Shown here: positions 12,834-25,904 of the stretch, piece after piece
Numbering within the stretch: position 1 is the stretch's first letter
Layout: the number at the start of each line of letters is the position of its first letter
NCBI GenBank assembly: GCA_951406725.2
Contig: OX597824.1
Coordinates: 53,010,001-53,074,000, forward strand
Direction: 5' to 3'
Length of the DNA: 64,000 bases
Source of the DNA: Octopus vulgaris
Taxonomy: Eukaryota
Notes under the pieces: generated by a model
The model's input: the letters and a program-made list of their open reading frames with translations, nothing else
What the model was told of the DNA's origin: nothing
Databases searched by the model: none
Translations under genes and position numbers: made by a program

Positions 12834-13985
12834 CGAATGTTGAAAGTTTGCTTGAAAAAATTATTGCAAAGTGGATGGCGGAAATAATAGCACATAGAAG
12901 TTTAGGGACAATAAAAATCAGCAGACGCATCTTCCAAGTGGACTGCCTGTCCCCACTGATCTGCACGTACCAAGAAAAAGAAGGGGAAGAGGACTGATTA
13001 AATGCGAACACAGCATTAGAGTAGAAGAAAACAACGTAGCATAATATGTAGAAAATGCCACAGAAACGCTATTAATAGAAGTAAGAAGGTCAGGCTTGTG
13101 TAGGATGGAAGATTGCAAAGATAAAGCACTGTAAAAGCACGTGAGAATGAATGAAATTGAAAACAGGTGGATAAAGAAAAGAATGCATGGACAATTTCAT
13201 AAGGATGTTGAAGATAAGACAGACGGAGAAAAAGATGGCTAGGATGACTAAAAGTGATTTAAAACCGAAAACTGAGACTCTAATCTCTGCTGCCCAAAAG
13301 CAATCACATCAAATACGGAATAGACAGCACATCAGAAAGTGATAAGTCCAGAATTTATGGACAAAATGGTGAGACTGTATGGCATATTACCTGTCAATGT
13401 ACGTCACTAGCCCAGAAGGAATATAAGAGACGTCATCACAACATAGCAAGGATTGTCTATTGGACACTTTGAAACAAGCAAAAAGTGGTACGAACATAAA
13501 CCCGAAGGTATCATCTAAAATGATAATGCGAATATCTTAGGGGATTTTATGATTCAGTGCGATCATGAGATACAGAATAGGAAACCAGACATAGTCTTAA
13601 TTGAGAAAGAAAGTAAACGATGTTGGGTCATAGATATAGCATGTCCAGCTGACAACAAGGTACGCCATAACGATGAAAGAAAAGTCGATAGATATAACAG
13701 GTTAGCTTGGGTGGTTAAGCAGTTGTGGTCGTTGAAAAAGGTGGTAGCGGTACTAATAATTGCCGGGGCCCTGGGAACAGTGAATAAAGGTTTTGAGAAG
13801 TACATGGAACAAATAGTGGCTGCAACAAGGGTGGAGTACTTGCAGAAAACAGCACTAGTTGGAACCGCTAAAATATTCCGGAGTGTCCTCGAAAAATAAG
13901 GGGTCTTACTTTAGTTCACTGGTAGTGAACAGCTAACATCATAGTACCTCTCCAGCGTTAGAAGCTGTGCAAAGAAAAGAAAATG
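12830..13985 (+). mobile_element. R4/Dong-like RLE LINE fragment (family B, deleted)
   Basis: MHGQF, RKPDIVLIEK..CWVIDIACPAD, IIAGALGTV, LQKTALVGTAKI. Bounded by (AAT)n. Confidence 0.82.
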
Positions 13986-14045
<60 letters not shown>

Positions 14046-16458
14046 TTGGTCCGGACGTTATTCCTCATGTCCCGCATATAAAATCATAAAGCATAAATGG
14101 ACAAGTGAGGAATATATTTCAATCCTACACGCTTAATTTACAGCAGTGTTCTACCTACAGAACGAAAGTACAACAATGTATACATGTAAAATCTGAAGAA
14201 AAATAACCTAAAGATTTGGATACAGCAATTAATCCTAATAAACTAGCTAACAAACGGAGGTATATTCTCAAAACAAAAACAAATATTAGAAATAGAACAC
14301 TTAAAAGGAAAAATACACCAGGAAAAAGTAGATGGTAACCACACAGTAATGCCAAATAATATCATAAGCACTGAGACTGAAAAATACGGAGACAGATGTA
14401 ACATGTCCAACAAAAACGAAGTAAACAACGAAAGACAACAAATCCAGGTCATAGGAATGCATAATGATGTGCAAAATGCACCAAACCAGAACACCACAAA
14501 CAAAAATATGAATGAGAGGAAATAAAACACAAATCTAAAACCTGGAAACAGTGAAGGTAAAACTAATGATTATGATACTCTAAAAATGAACATAATCGAA
14601 GAATTGAAAACCACAGATCTCAGTATGAACCACCGATTATACCTCTCAAAAATTAAAATTCATAATAAAACAACATCAATAATGAATAGCATGAACCTGG
14701 CCGACACAGTACTAATAGCTACAGAAACAAATGTCAATATGATGAGGCTAAATTTTGTAATATTTGCAGCAACTTCTGTGGCCACAGAAGAAGCTAGATA
14801 CCCACTAAAACCCATCCAAACAGGAGTATCACCACCCAAACAAATCCTGTGGATAAATAATATCCAGCAAAAAAAAAGAAATTAAGACAAAGGATCTGTT
14901 AATCCTTAATGAAACCAGTAGACAATCAACACTACTAAGCAACAAGAAGACAAGAAGAATACTATGTAAATACAAAATTACTGAATGAAGAATACCTGTG
15001 GTTAAAGAACAGCTAAAGCAAGATATCCTCGCCAAAGCACAAAGAAACCGCCGTAATGAGAAATGCCAACGCTTCTTTGAACAAAACAAACAGTTCAGCT
15101 CCAACCCTAAAATATTCTATCAAGAACTTGGCAAAAATAAAATAAACATCAATGTAGCATCAACAGCAGAAGAAGTGGAATAATTTTGAAAAGAAATATG
15201 GTCGGCAACGAACAACCTCTGACAAGATCTATGAAAACAACGAACACAGCACCTGGACAATTCTGGGCCCCTATAACAACTGAAGAGGTCACCCAGACGC
15301 TTCAAAAACTAAGCAACTGGAAGGTACTCGGGTACGACAAGATTCTCAACTTTTGGATAACATACTTAATAGAAACACATAAAAAGCTGGCTGAGAAATT
15401 TAATGAAATACTAGCAGAACCAGAGACAACGCCTGAATGAATCACGGATGGGAAAACTATTCTAATTCCCAAATCCACTGAAACGGAAAACCCACAAAAT
15501 TACAGACCGATAACTTGTCTGCCTGCAATTTACAAAGCCTTTACTGCAATAATATCGCAGTGGATGAGCAAGCATCTGGAAGAAAACAACCTGTTTCCAG
15601 AAGAACAGAAACGATGCTGTAAGAGGTCATACAGCTGTAAAGATCAGCTACTGATCAATAAAGCCATAACTGAAGAAACAATGAAGGTCTAGGTATGGCC
15701 TGGATCGATTACCGAAAAGCTTTTGATAGTATTACCCACACGTGGACCATAGAAACACTAGCAAATAACAAGGTAACACCAATAACCATAAAATATGTAA
15801 AACATTCCATGAATAAATGGCAGAGAGTGCTACAGCTCCAGAAAAAAGAGGGACTCATAAAAATCAAAGCCATTCCCATTAGAAGAGGAATATTCCAGGG
15901 AGACACGCTGTCTCTACTCCTTTTCTGGCTGGCAATGGCACCTTCATCTGACATGCTAAAAAGAACTGGATGTGGATACAACTGTTACAGCAAAGCAATC
16001 AGCCACCTCTTATATATGGATGATCTAAAATAGTACGCTACAAATGATAAACATCTGGAAACATTACTACAAATACTACATGGATTTACCAAAGAAACGA
16101 ACATGAAATTTGGGTTAGAAAAATGTGCCAAAGCAATCTTGAAAAGAGGAAAACTAGTTAAGAGCAGCAACATCACACTAGATAAAGAAACTGAAATAAA
16201 AGATTAAGACCAAACCCAGACATACAAGTACTTAGGAATCCATGAGCTAGATATGATACAGCACACACAAATGAAAGAAGAGATAAGAAAAGAATACTTT
16301 AGACGAATTAGTTTAATACTGAAAACAGAGCTCAATACGAAAAACAAGATAATAGGTATCAACCCTCTAACCGTCCCAGTTATAAGTTATAGCTACAATA
16401 TTCTTAACTTGACTCTAAATGAACTAATCAAAATAGACAGGAAAACGTAAAAAATAAT

Positions 16459-16962
16459 TAGAAAATTACCATTTTTAAAGCTCACAACGAGAGATATTCA
16501 ATAACAGTTCTTTGGAGTAAAGATTTTTTGTCAACATAGCATTGAAGTCCTGGTTTAGGACGAATGTTGCTGTAATTCAGAGAAGATTCTTAGTGGCATT
16601 TCATCCATCTTACACTTTGCTGAATATCTCTCGTTGTGAGCTTTAAAAATAGTAATTTTCTAATTTATAGATCAGTAACAAGTTGTCACTTCGAAAACTA
16701 TATATTTCGAACGGGATTTTGACAGCGCCACCTCTAGCCGAACAATTATTCTGTGCTGATGAAGGAAAATAACCCGAAATCGCGATACACAGATATTGTT
16801 TTGAGCTGAGTGGGAGTCCTAGATTCCCTTGTTCGAAAAAATAAGAACACAGATCGTGTCGTATAGCCAGCTGGAGACGATATCTCCTGGAGCTCAATTA
16901 CAGCAACATTCGTCCTAAACCAGGACTGCCATGTTAAGTTGGCAAACAATCTTTACTCCAAG
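16459..16962 (+). mobile_element. Non-coding PLE-type insertion with internal inverted repeats and a hammerhead motif
   Basis: Interrupts the LINE, with AAAAATAAT on both sides (TSD-like). Inverted repeats 16459-16500/16621-16662 and ~16511-16576/16896-16961. Confidence 0.75.
16741..16800 (+). ncRNA. Type I hammerhead ribozyme (minimal stem III)
   Basis: AACAAT..TCTGTG CTGATGA AGG-aaaataa-CCC GAAA T CGCG A TA CACAGA.ATTGTT; predicted cleavage after AUA. Confidence 0.8.
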
Positions 16963-17981
16963 AAAAATAATGAACCATCCAAAATCTTATATAGAAAAGT
17001 TATATATACAACGTATCGAAGCTGGTAGTTTTCTTATACAGCTAGAAAACTATTACAAAATAACCACCATAGAACAACAGAAACACCTACTTTAGAAGCA
17101 AGGAAATCTAATACAAATAGCCACAAAACACGAACAAAACAAAAAACCGTTTTCAGTCTTTAAGGAAGCTGACAAATACATATAAACAAAGTCATACTAC
17201 CTAACTATGAAGAAAAAGATGAAACAACAAAAGTTGTAAGACAAATGAAATCCAAACTAAAACTGGAACAGCAACGGGTCATGAAACAGCTATTGAAAGA
17301 AAAGCCTTTTCATGGTAAATATTAGATTAAACTAAACAGAAAAGAAATAGACAAAGCGAAATCCCAACAATGGCTGAGAAGCTCAGGACTCAAAGCAGAG
17401 ACAGAAGGATTTTTAATTGCAGCAGAAATTACCAAAAACATGTAATGAAAAGAAATACAAGTAACTGCAGAATATTTAGGGATGGAGAAGAAACAATAAA
17501 TCATATTATCTCTGGTGGTCCAGTCCTGGCTAAGAAGGAATATATTCACAGACACGACAGAGTTGGGACCTATATACACTGGAAGCTATGCCAACACTAT
17601 GGAATAACAACAGAAAAAAGATAGTATAGGCACACACCAGAAAAGGTCACAGAAAATGAGAAAGCAAACATACCCTGAGATATGTCAATACACACAGAAA
17701 AAGAATTAAGGCCAATAGGCCAGATGCAGGTGTCAGAGATCACCAAGCAAAAATGCTTTCTGATCGATGTATTAGTATCAACAGATGACAATATTTCTCA
17801 GATCTGTAAATAGAGGTAATTTGAATGTGGAGTCTATAAACAAAAACAATTCCTATCATAGTAAAACTCTTTCAATGCAGTAAAAATAAGAACATCACAA
17901 CAAACCACAGCACATACCCAAGGCACACAGAGCTGCGCTCGGTAGTGCAGTGAAAACACATGATAAAAACAAGACTACTGC

Positions 17982-18038
<57 letters not shown>

Positions 18039-18039
18039 G

Positions 18040-20462
18040 CATCCCAATTGACTGAGTGTCTAGAAAAGCACAATCCCCGCGTGGATGGTGACTGGGAGAA
18101 CAATACTTATAATGAAAGATAGAAGAAAGGGGAATATTGTGAGGAGACTACTGTCCCATAGCATGCCTAAACATAATCTGGAAGATACTTACTGGAATAT
18201 GTGCGGCAAAGACATACACATTTCTGGCACAGGAAGAAATACTACCAAGGAACGAAAAGGATATAGAAAGAATTCTCAGAGTACCAAGGATTACCTGGTA
18301 ATCGATAAAACAGTTTTAAGGCATTGTAAAAAACATCATACTAACATGTCTATAGCTTGCATTGGCTTTAAGAAGGCATATGATATGATGCCTCAATCTT
18401 GGATTGTTGAATGCCTGCATATGTTTGGTATTGCTGACAACATCACATATTTTCTGATGCATACCATGAAAGAGTGAAAAACCAAATTGTACTCAAGTAA
18501 TGTATTCCTTGGAGAAGTTAATATTAAAAGGAGAAGCTTCCAAGGTGACTCGTTTTCTCCGTTACTATATGTAATTTCACTAATACCCATAACAATGACA
18601 CTTAGGAAAGTTAAGATGGGTTACCTATGTGGGAGGAAAGGCCTATCATTGAAGCATCTTCTGTTTATGGGTGATCTGGAATTGTTTGGGAAATCTGAAA
18701 AACAGATAGATTCCTTAACCCAAAGCAGTCCAGAAGTGTGGTAGGGACATCGGTGTGGAAATTGAGATTACCAAATGCTCAGTACTTAATATGAAAAGAG
18801 GGAAGAAAGCATCCTGCAGAGGGTTGCGGTTACCATCAGGAGAGACTATGGATGAACCTGATGGTAGTAGGTATAGATATAGATTTTGGAGCTGGAAGAC
18901 ATTCTACGCAGAGAAATAAAATCAAGGTCAGCGGCGGGAGTCAAAAAGGGTGAAGGCGGTGTTGAAATCCAGCCTGAATCCCAAGAATTTGTTTACCGCA
19001 ATGAATATCTGGGCAGTTACGGTGGTCAGATATAGTGCGTCCATCCTCAAATGGACTAAGAGGAAATATCAATATTAGATAGAAGGAGGAGGTAGTTGAT
19101 GACGCTGCATGGGGAGCTACACCCTAAAACAAACGTAAACAGACTGTATATGAAAAGAAAGAATGGTGCAGATGACTAATTAGTATAGACCATTGTATAA
19201 TGAGTGAAAGGAGAGCACTTACCGAGTAAATCCTTAAATCCATAAAAATGTTTTAGCCCGAAGGCCGCGGCCATGCTGGAGCACCACCGCTGAATGAGCT
19301 ACACTAATATGTGAATCCACCTCTGATACGTGGCACTTGATTAACAAGGGAGTTCGATGCTGCTGCCCGCATCTGCGTCTCCTGTCCTGAGGTAGGTTCA
19401 TCTGGGACTCCCGACAAGAAGAGATCCTGTTTAGTTTTAAGGAAACCCACATCCACACCATGTAAGTCTCTCAGGCATTTAGGGAGGATGTTAAAGAGCT
19501 GTGGTCCTCTGAAACCCAAGCTGTTGCAGTATCTGGACCTGTATTTGATAAACAGTGATGAAAACCAGCTACAATATGCGAAAGATATGGCTGTAAATAC
19601 AAATGAAATGATGGGCAAGGAAGAGTTTAACCAAAGAGCTGAGGAGAAGAGAAAGGAAGACCTTGAAATGAGAATGCATGTACAGTTTTTAAGGAATATG
19701 CAAGACGTTCAGGAAAACACAGTATCGTGGACATGGCTTGAGAGAGGTGATTTGAAGCGTACCACCGAAAGCTTGATTATTGCTGCACAAGACCAGGCAA
19801 TCTCTACCAATTCAGTGACGTATAACATCTATAAAAGTTCTGAGACCAAGAAATGTAGACACTGTGGAAAGAGTTTGGAAAATGTGACCCACTTGGTAAG
19901 GGGATGTGAGAGCCTTGCACAAAAATAATACAAGCGCTGCCACTATAAATTGTTTGTGTATCTTCATTGGCTCTTATGCTGTAAGTACAATATGAAGTAA
20001 CAGAGAACTGGTTTGAGCATGTACCAAGTAAAATTATGCAGGAGGAGGGAGAAGTAACGATACACTGGGACACTCTCTGCCAGATATTGTCATATTGAAT
20101 AAGAGATACAAATACTGTCAGATCATTGATGTAGCCATACCAAATGATATGAATGTTGTGAGTATAGAAGTTGAAAAAATCACCAAGTACTCCGAATTGT
20201 AAGTGGAAATTGCAAAACTGTATGGAATGCGAGAGGGTAAAAGTGATACCAGTGGTGATTGGAGCGTTGGGTTCAATCTCATTGAAATTTCAGGGCTTCT
20301 TAAGGCAACTGGAAATCCCATGCAAGATTGATGTCATGCAAAGAGCTGCCTTAATGGGCATAGCGCAGATCTTGAAGAAAGTATTATGTTTGAGATCCTT
20401 GTTGTGACTTGACAAATGACTAAAGACTCCGGTGCATTTTTACCTACACTGTGATACGAAGG
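18040..20462 (+). mobile_element. 5'-truncated R4/Dong-like RLE LINE (family C), interrupted at ~19230-19540
   Basis: IGFKKAYDM, FQGDSFSP, HLLFMGDL, AAQDQAI, CRHCGKSLENVTHLVRGC, VVIGALG. Starts and ends at (AAT)n. Confidence 0.85.
19230..19540 (-). mobile_element. 5'-truncated copy of a CR1/L2-group LINE related to 4485-8290
   Basis: SLGFRGPQLFNILPKCLRDLHGVDV...SGVPDEPT...MRAAASNSL matches 4581-4847; same GGTGCTCCAGCATGGCC 3' motif. Confidence 0.88.
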
Positions 20463-20481
20463 AATAATAATAAGAAGAAGA

Positions 20482-21040
20482 AGGGTAGTCAGAGAGCACA
20501 AAGGTCCGCCAAGGCAACACCAACGTCATCTTAACGAATAGTCAGAGGTGACTTTTAAAATGAGGATAACTTAAATAGACTCGACTGCTTTTACAAACGA
20601 GAATACTAAAAATGAACCCGACCGCTCCCAAAAATTAATTTTAAAAAAAAACGGAAAAATATTCAAGAATCCTTGCCCGGTACATGATCGATCCCAATGG
20701 TAGATATGGCATATGAAGGTGGCAGTAGAAAATTTAGTAACAGTAATAAATAGTTAACAAATTCACCGTTCAAAATAGTTATAGCCTAAAGGGACATAAT
20801 TGAGAAAGACTTCAAAGTTAACATAAGATCGTAATCATTTAAGGGAAATAAAATATTACAAATAATCCAGAATCCTTGTCCGGTACCGAATCGATCACAA
20901 AATCAGTTCGTGCCAATCACGAGGCCAAACATCCCTGAAAGTTTCATCTGAATCCATCCAACTGTTCTTGAGATATCATGTCCACGGACAAACAAACGGG
21001 ACTGAAAATAATATCTCCGCCTTCACTAAGGTAGAGGTAA
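20482..21040 (+). mobile_element. Non-autonomous Helentron-like (HINE/DINE-1-type) element
   Basis: 5' TCCGCCAAGG sub-terminal motif; AAAGTTTCATCTGAATCCATCC...GAGATATC...ACAAACAAAC core; 3' hairpin CTCCGCCTT-cact-AAGGTAGAG; internal duplicated GAATCCTTG(C/T)CCGGTAC. Confidence 0.55.
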
Positions 21041-21054
21041 TAACAACAATAATA

Positions 21055-21462
21055 AAAGGATGGGCTACAGCAAATATTATGCTCAATACTGCAGTTTTGC
21101 TTGTCAGTTGTTTGACCTTAACCAGTTTAGCATGTTCCTTAGTGGCTGACAAAATGTGCATCTCTGATCACGAGCAGAAGTAGTGGGAGTGCATCATAGC
21201 CATGTGTTGAGAGGAAATCTTTGGGGTTTTAATAATTCACTTCTAGAAACATGGGTGTTTCATTTAACGTTCTTAAACAACACATTCGGTGACCTTTTGA
21301 GCGGAATGAGCTACTCGACCTGAAGAAAATTCTAAGTGGGCCCTACCTGCAAAGTCGTGTGCTGTTTATCTTGATATGAGATCACAATGTTGCTCACATA
21401 TGGTTGTGATGTATGCACGTGGTGTACCCTTTTCTGATGACATGCAATGCTTTCTCACTCAA
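21055..21462 (+). mobile_element. ~540 bp retroposon, copy 3 (5'-truncated, internal deletion)
   Basis: Homologous to 388-925; same 3' end followed by (AAT)n. Confidence 0.8.
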
Positions 21463-21475
21463 TAATAATAATAAT

Positions 21476-21756
21476 ATGAGAGGCATAGAAAAGATAGCAA
21501 AGTAGCAGGAACCAACCATTGAATTACAGAGACTATGTAAAGCGCTGGTAAAATGCATTCCAGCAGTTATTGATGCATTGGGAACTATCCCTAAAAATTT
21601 GAACAGATGGGTAGAGGAAATAAGCATAAAACCCAGTTTAGTACAGTTCCAGAAAACAGTCTTATTAGGGACAGCTAGGATATTTAGGAGGGCTCTTGGC
21701 AGCTAAGGTTACTTGTTGTAGCCTGATGTTAGGATTTGTTCTTTTACAACAGTCTA
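21476..21756 (+). mobile_element. RLE LINE extreme 3' fragment (family D)
   Basis: IEKIAK*QEPTIELQRLCK..VKCIPAVIDALGTIPKNL...QKTVLLGTARIFRRAL, then (AAT)n. Confidence 0.7.
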
Positions 21757-21857
21757 ATAATAATAATAATAACAATAATAATAATGATAATAATAATAAT
21801 AATAACAACAACAACAACAACAACAACAGCAACAACATTATTATTATTATTATTATT

Positions 21858-21888
<31 letters not shown>

Positions 21889-21891
<3 letters not shown>

Positions 21892-22367
21892 GATGGTATA
21901 AAAGATGGGCTACAGCAAATATTCTGCTCAATACCACATATTTGCTTGTCAGTTGTTTGACCTTAACCAGTTGAGCATGTCCCTTAGTGACTGGCGATAT
22001 GTGCATCTCTGATCACGAGCAGAAATAGTGGGGGAGCATCATAGCCATGTGTTGAGAGGGATTCTTTGGGGTTTGAATAGTTCACCTCTTGAAACATGGG
22101 TGGTTCTTTCAACATCCTTAAACAACCCTTATTCAGGGACCGTTTGAGCGGGATGGGCTACTCAACCTGAAGAAAATTCTAACTGGGCCCCACCTGCAAG
22201 GTCATGTGCTGTTTATCTTGATATGAGATCACCATGTCGCGCACATATGGTTGTGATGCATGTGCCTGGTGTACCTTTATCAGACGGGTAGTCATGATGG
22301 GTATATTGGGCTTCGTATATTTTACCACAGTGTCACTTTGATGGCATGAACTGCTCTCTCACTCAAT
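21889..22367 (+). mobile_element. ~540 bp retroposon, copy 4 (5'-truncated)
   Basis: Homologous to 388-925; AAT-flanked. Confidence 0.8.
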
Positions 22368-22383
22368 AATAATAATAATAATC

Positions 22384-22500
22384 AGGGAAGTATTAGATAA
22401 CTGAAGAGAACAGATAGCATGGTACCGTAGGCTGCAGGTAGCAAGCCAGCTACGCATGCAAGACTCCAGGAGCTCCAACAAAACCTGTGATAAAGAGAAA
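22384..22500 (+). mobile_element. 3' UTR fragment of the RLE LINE seen at 1650-2200
   Basis: GATAGCATGGTACC.TAGGCTGCAG.TAGCAAG...GGAGCTC...AAAACCTGTG matches 2105-2190. Confidence 0.75.
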
Positions 22501-22504
22501 TAAA

Positions 22505-22520
22505 AATAATAATAATAATC

Positions 22521-22572
<52 letters not shown>

Positions 22573-22800
22573 TAGACCTATGGTTACTGGTAGTAACCCG
22601 CTATCTACATAATTCCTACAAGGAATAAGACAGAAGCTGGGTTTTTTAGAAGAAGAAGAAGAAGAAGAAGAAGAAGAAGAAGAAGAAGAAGAAGAAGAAG
22701 AAGAAGAAGAAGAAGAAGAAGAAGAAGAAGAAGAAGAAGAAGAACAACAACAACAACAACAACAACAGCAACAACAAAAACAACAAAATTATCATCATCA
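22505..22800. repeat. (AAT)n, (AAG)n, (AAC)n trinucleotide arrays
   Basis: Direct reading. Confidence 0.95.
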
Positions 22801-24849
22801 ACTATCGGACCTATCCAGATAGTGAAATACTTAACACTTTCGCTAGGCTTTACAACACGTTCATAGTGACTGTAAGGAATGGGAAGTCACGGAATCTGCC
22901 AGTAGGTCCTAACTTCGAGATAAAAGTTCCTGTTAATTTCTTTCAAGCCACTTAATTCTTGAGAAATTACATTTCATCAATGGCAAGAGAATAACTTTCT
23001 GATGACAATTTTGGAGAACAACATCAAAGACATGTAAATAAGTAATCACATATTCCTTTCATTCCAAGCCTATCAATTTCATTGTCCTTACTTAATTTCT
23101 TTATTCGTCTCAGCACTAATAAAAAAAAGAGCTGTTTAGACATTGAGCAAGAAGTACTGAATGGTTCAACATCGTATTAAGATATCTGAAGAGGTAGGGT
23201 TATGAGAGAGAAGTGAAACAGAGCACATTCCAGACAATTCTAAATTCAATGGATTCGGACAAATTGCTAGGTGTAATACAGTTTATGGTATTTTTGAATT
23301 GTTGATGTATAATTGTTGGAGAGAATAAAAAACATGAATAGTTCTTCAACTGCAGGAAGATTTTTTTCTTCCTTCTCTTTTTCTTTTCTTTTTTTGTTTT
23401 TGTTTCTTATTTATTTTGGCTAAAGGCTTCTTGTTCGAAACGTTAAAACTTATGATTTATCCTCACAGTATAAAATACTAATACACTGACTTTGTTTACT
23501 TTTTCGTGAGCCATCACCTCTAAATATATGTAGTCTTCCAGACAAAAAACTGATCAGGCCAATTGTATGAAAGGATTTGTTCATCTAGGAGGTTTTGTTA
23601 GTGGAAGAGCTTTAGTCGAATGCTCAGATGTTACAATAGCATCTGGGCATCTGCACATCTGATCATCTACTCATGCTGACAGAAGAATGTGATACATACT
23701 GCTTAGTAGTAGGCCACGGGTTGTAGAATGTTGAAAATGGTCGACTGTTATTCTGTTAGGGTGGACTGGCATGGCTGATTATATTTTTTCTTTGATACTA
23801 AACCCAACGCCACTTTCTCTTTCACTTTATTCCGTTCAGTTTTTGTGTCGTTTGGACAAGACACTTTAAAGCACACATTATATTTTTTTTTAATTAACGT
23901 TCAGTAGAGCAGCACCGTACCAAGTGAAATTAGTAGCAGAATTAGAAAGATGTGCTGAAGTGGAAAGTAAAGGAGATAATCTAAATTATATTCCAATGAA
24001 CAGGCCTTAGAAACGTGGATATAGTTGTCCTTTTTTCAGATTTTTTTATGAAAGAACACAATTTTCGGAATATTTATTGGCTTCCGTCTGTTCTTTTCGT
24101 CTGTTTGGAATAAAGGTGGCGACAACACTCACCATCAGATTCAACGAGGAAGTGGCGGGAAAATTTTCTCACAATGCAACAAGCTTGCACGAGAGCAAAC
24201 AAAAATAAGCAAGCAATTTTAACAACACGACACCAGCAGCAACAACGATAAATGCATCAGCATCAGCAACAACAGCAACAACAACAACTACAATAGCGGT
24301 ATAAAGAGCACAAAGTAATTGATGGAGGTGACAACACGAGTAGGTAATCCTTTGCTGGAATAGCAGCAAAATGAACAATACTTCTCGCTTTCCATAAACG
24401 ACAAGTTGACACGCTGACACGAACGAAACAATTTTTAAAGATAATGGGAAGAAAGCACAAGTTGTCATTCCAGTTGACGTTTGGCAGCAACTGCTGAGAC
24501 GGTGGGGTATCACTGTGTGTTGGCTACAACACGATGCCTAGTAGCAACGACACACATCCACGTGAAATGAGCCCTCACAGAAATATGGCCTAAATCAGAT
24601 CACGTGGCCAGGAGGAAACAGTTCGGAAGCATAGAGTTTCTCTTCATGAGCGAATCCCCCACGCTGAAGCACTCCACAGCTCCGTGACAGGGAACTTATC
24701 TTCTAACATATTCAGGGAAATGGACTCGTTGCGCTAAAGCTGCATCGCTGGAATTTAGATAAAAACAAGTGTTACATGTAGAACTTAGGAAACGTCTTGC
24801 ATATTTATACTGTTTCTCTCACAGACAGTGCCTGTAAAGTGTGTTATCG

Positions 24850-25800
24850 AATCTCTTTCCTAATCCGGAAATCCTAACTTTCACAGATTGTCACTTATAC
24901 ATAATATAACCAAGTGCACCAATAATTATTGGTATTAATGTGAGTATATAATCAAGTTAGAGGAGCTATAGCTTTCGAAGAAGTTGTCCATACCTATTCT
25001 CTTTTTCGCTGACTTCAGAAGTGATGATTACATCCTTTGGTCTTCTCCTCTTTTTGACCGTATAGGATATTTTTCTCTTCTGTTGCAATATCTATATCAA
25101 ATTGGTTATGTTTTGATATGAATATTTCATCAATGTTCCTTGTGTTGATATATATATTTGTATTCAACAGCAGAGGTTTCGTTGATTTTTGTCTCAGGGC
25201 AGTCTTTTCTGCAGATAACATTGTATATCGCGATGTGAGGTCACACTTTGATAACACTTTGTTCTGGCAGCTGCTGAATACATGTCCTGCTATATCTTGT
25301 TCTTGGATTGCAAAAGTGTAACTTTCAGAAGAAATGTGAAGTAGCTGTCACATGTCTAAGAGACGGTAACACTTCTAGTTAATATTATCATCCTCCTTAA
25401 GGAGGCGAGCTGGCAGAATCATTAGCAACTCGAGCAAAATCTGTCTTTACATTCCAAGATCAAATTCAGCCGAGGTCAACTTTGCCTTTCATTCTTTCAG
25501 AGTCGATAAAATAAATACCAGTTTATCCCCACCCCTGAAATTGCTGGCCTTGTGTCAAAATTTGAAATCAATATTGTCATCTTTCTTAAGATGTATAAAC
25601 ATTTTGTGGTATGTATAGTGTTTCTCTTCCCAGTCTTTACTGGGCTATGCTAATCCTGCACTTCTTGATTCACGTGGGGAATTCATCAGAAACTGAATGT
25701 TTCTTGAGGAGTTCACTACCGACCCACAGGATGTTATTCATGTTATTCACTTCACTTTTGAGCTGCGTCTTCATGTTTTTTCTCAAACAAAATCTGTCAT
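24850..25800 (-). mobile_element. Old degraded RLE LINE fragments (a related piece at ~28660-28900)
   Basis: Minus remnants SYTFAIQEQDIA, HVFSSC and KHNQFDI; at 28.7 kb, KIWQSEIS...EEILSIDIKI.KILTSSGNY. Confidence 0.4.
25398..25575 (+). mobile_element. SINE with a Nin/Deu-like conserved central domain (deleted copy)
   Basis: GGCGAGCTGGCAGAA A-box head; GAGGTCAACTTTGCCTTTCATTCTTTCAGAGTCGATAAAATAAATACCAG core. Confidence 0.65.
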
Positions 25801-25829
25801 AGTAGGTACGTAGGTAGGTACGTGTGTGT

Positions 25830-25904
<75 letters not shown>

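Larger units (their letters stand above)
14047..17985 (+). mobile_element. Near full-length degraded R4/Dong-like RLE LINE (family A), interrupted at ~16459-16962
   Basis: N-terminal KHKWTSEEY, YRPITC, MAWIDYRKAFDSI, GIFQGDTLS, HLLYMDDLK, FGLEKCA, CCHC and RLE remnants. Many stops and frameshifts; (AAT)n at both ends. Confidence 0.88.
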
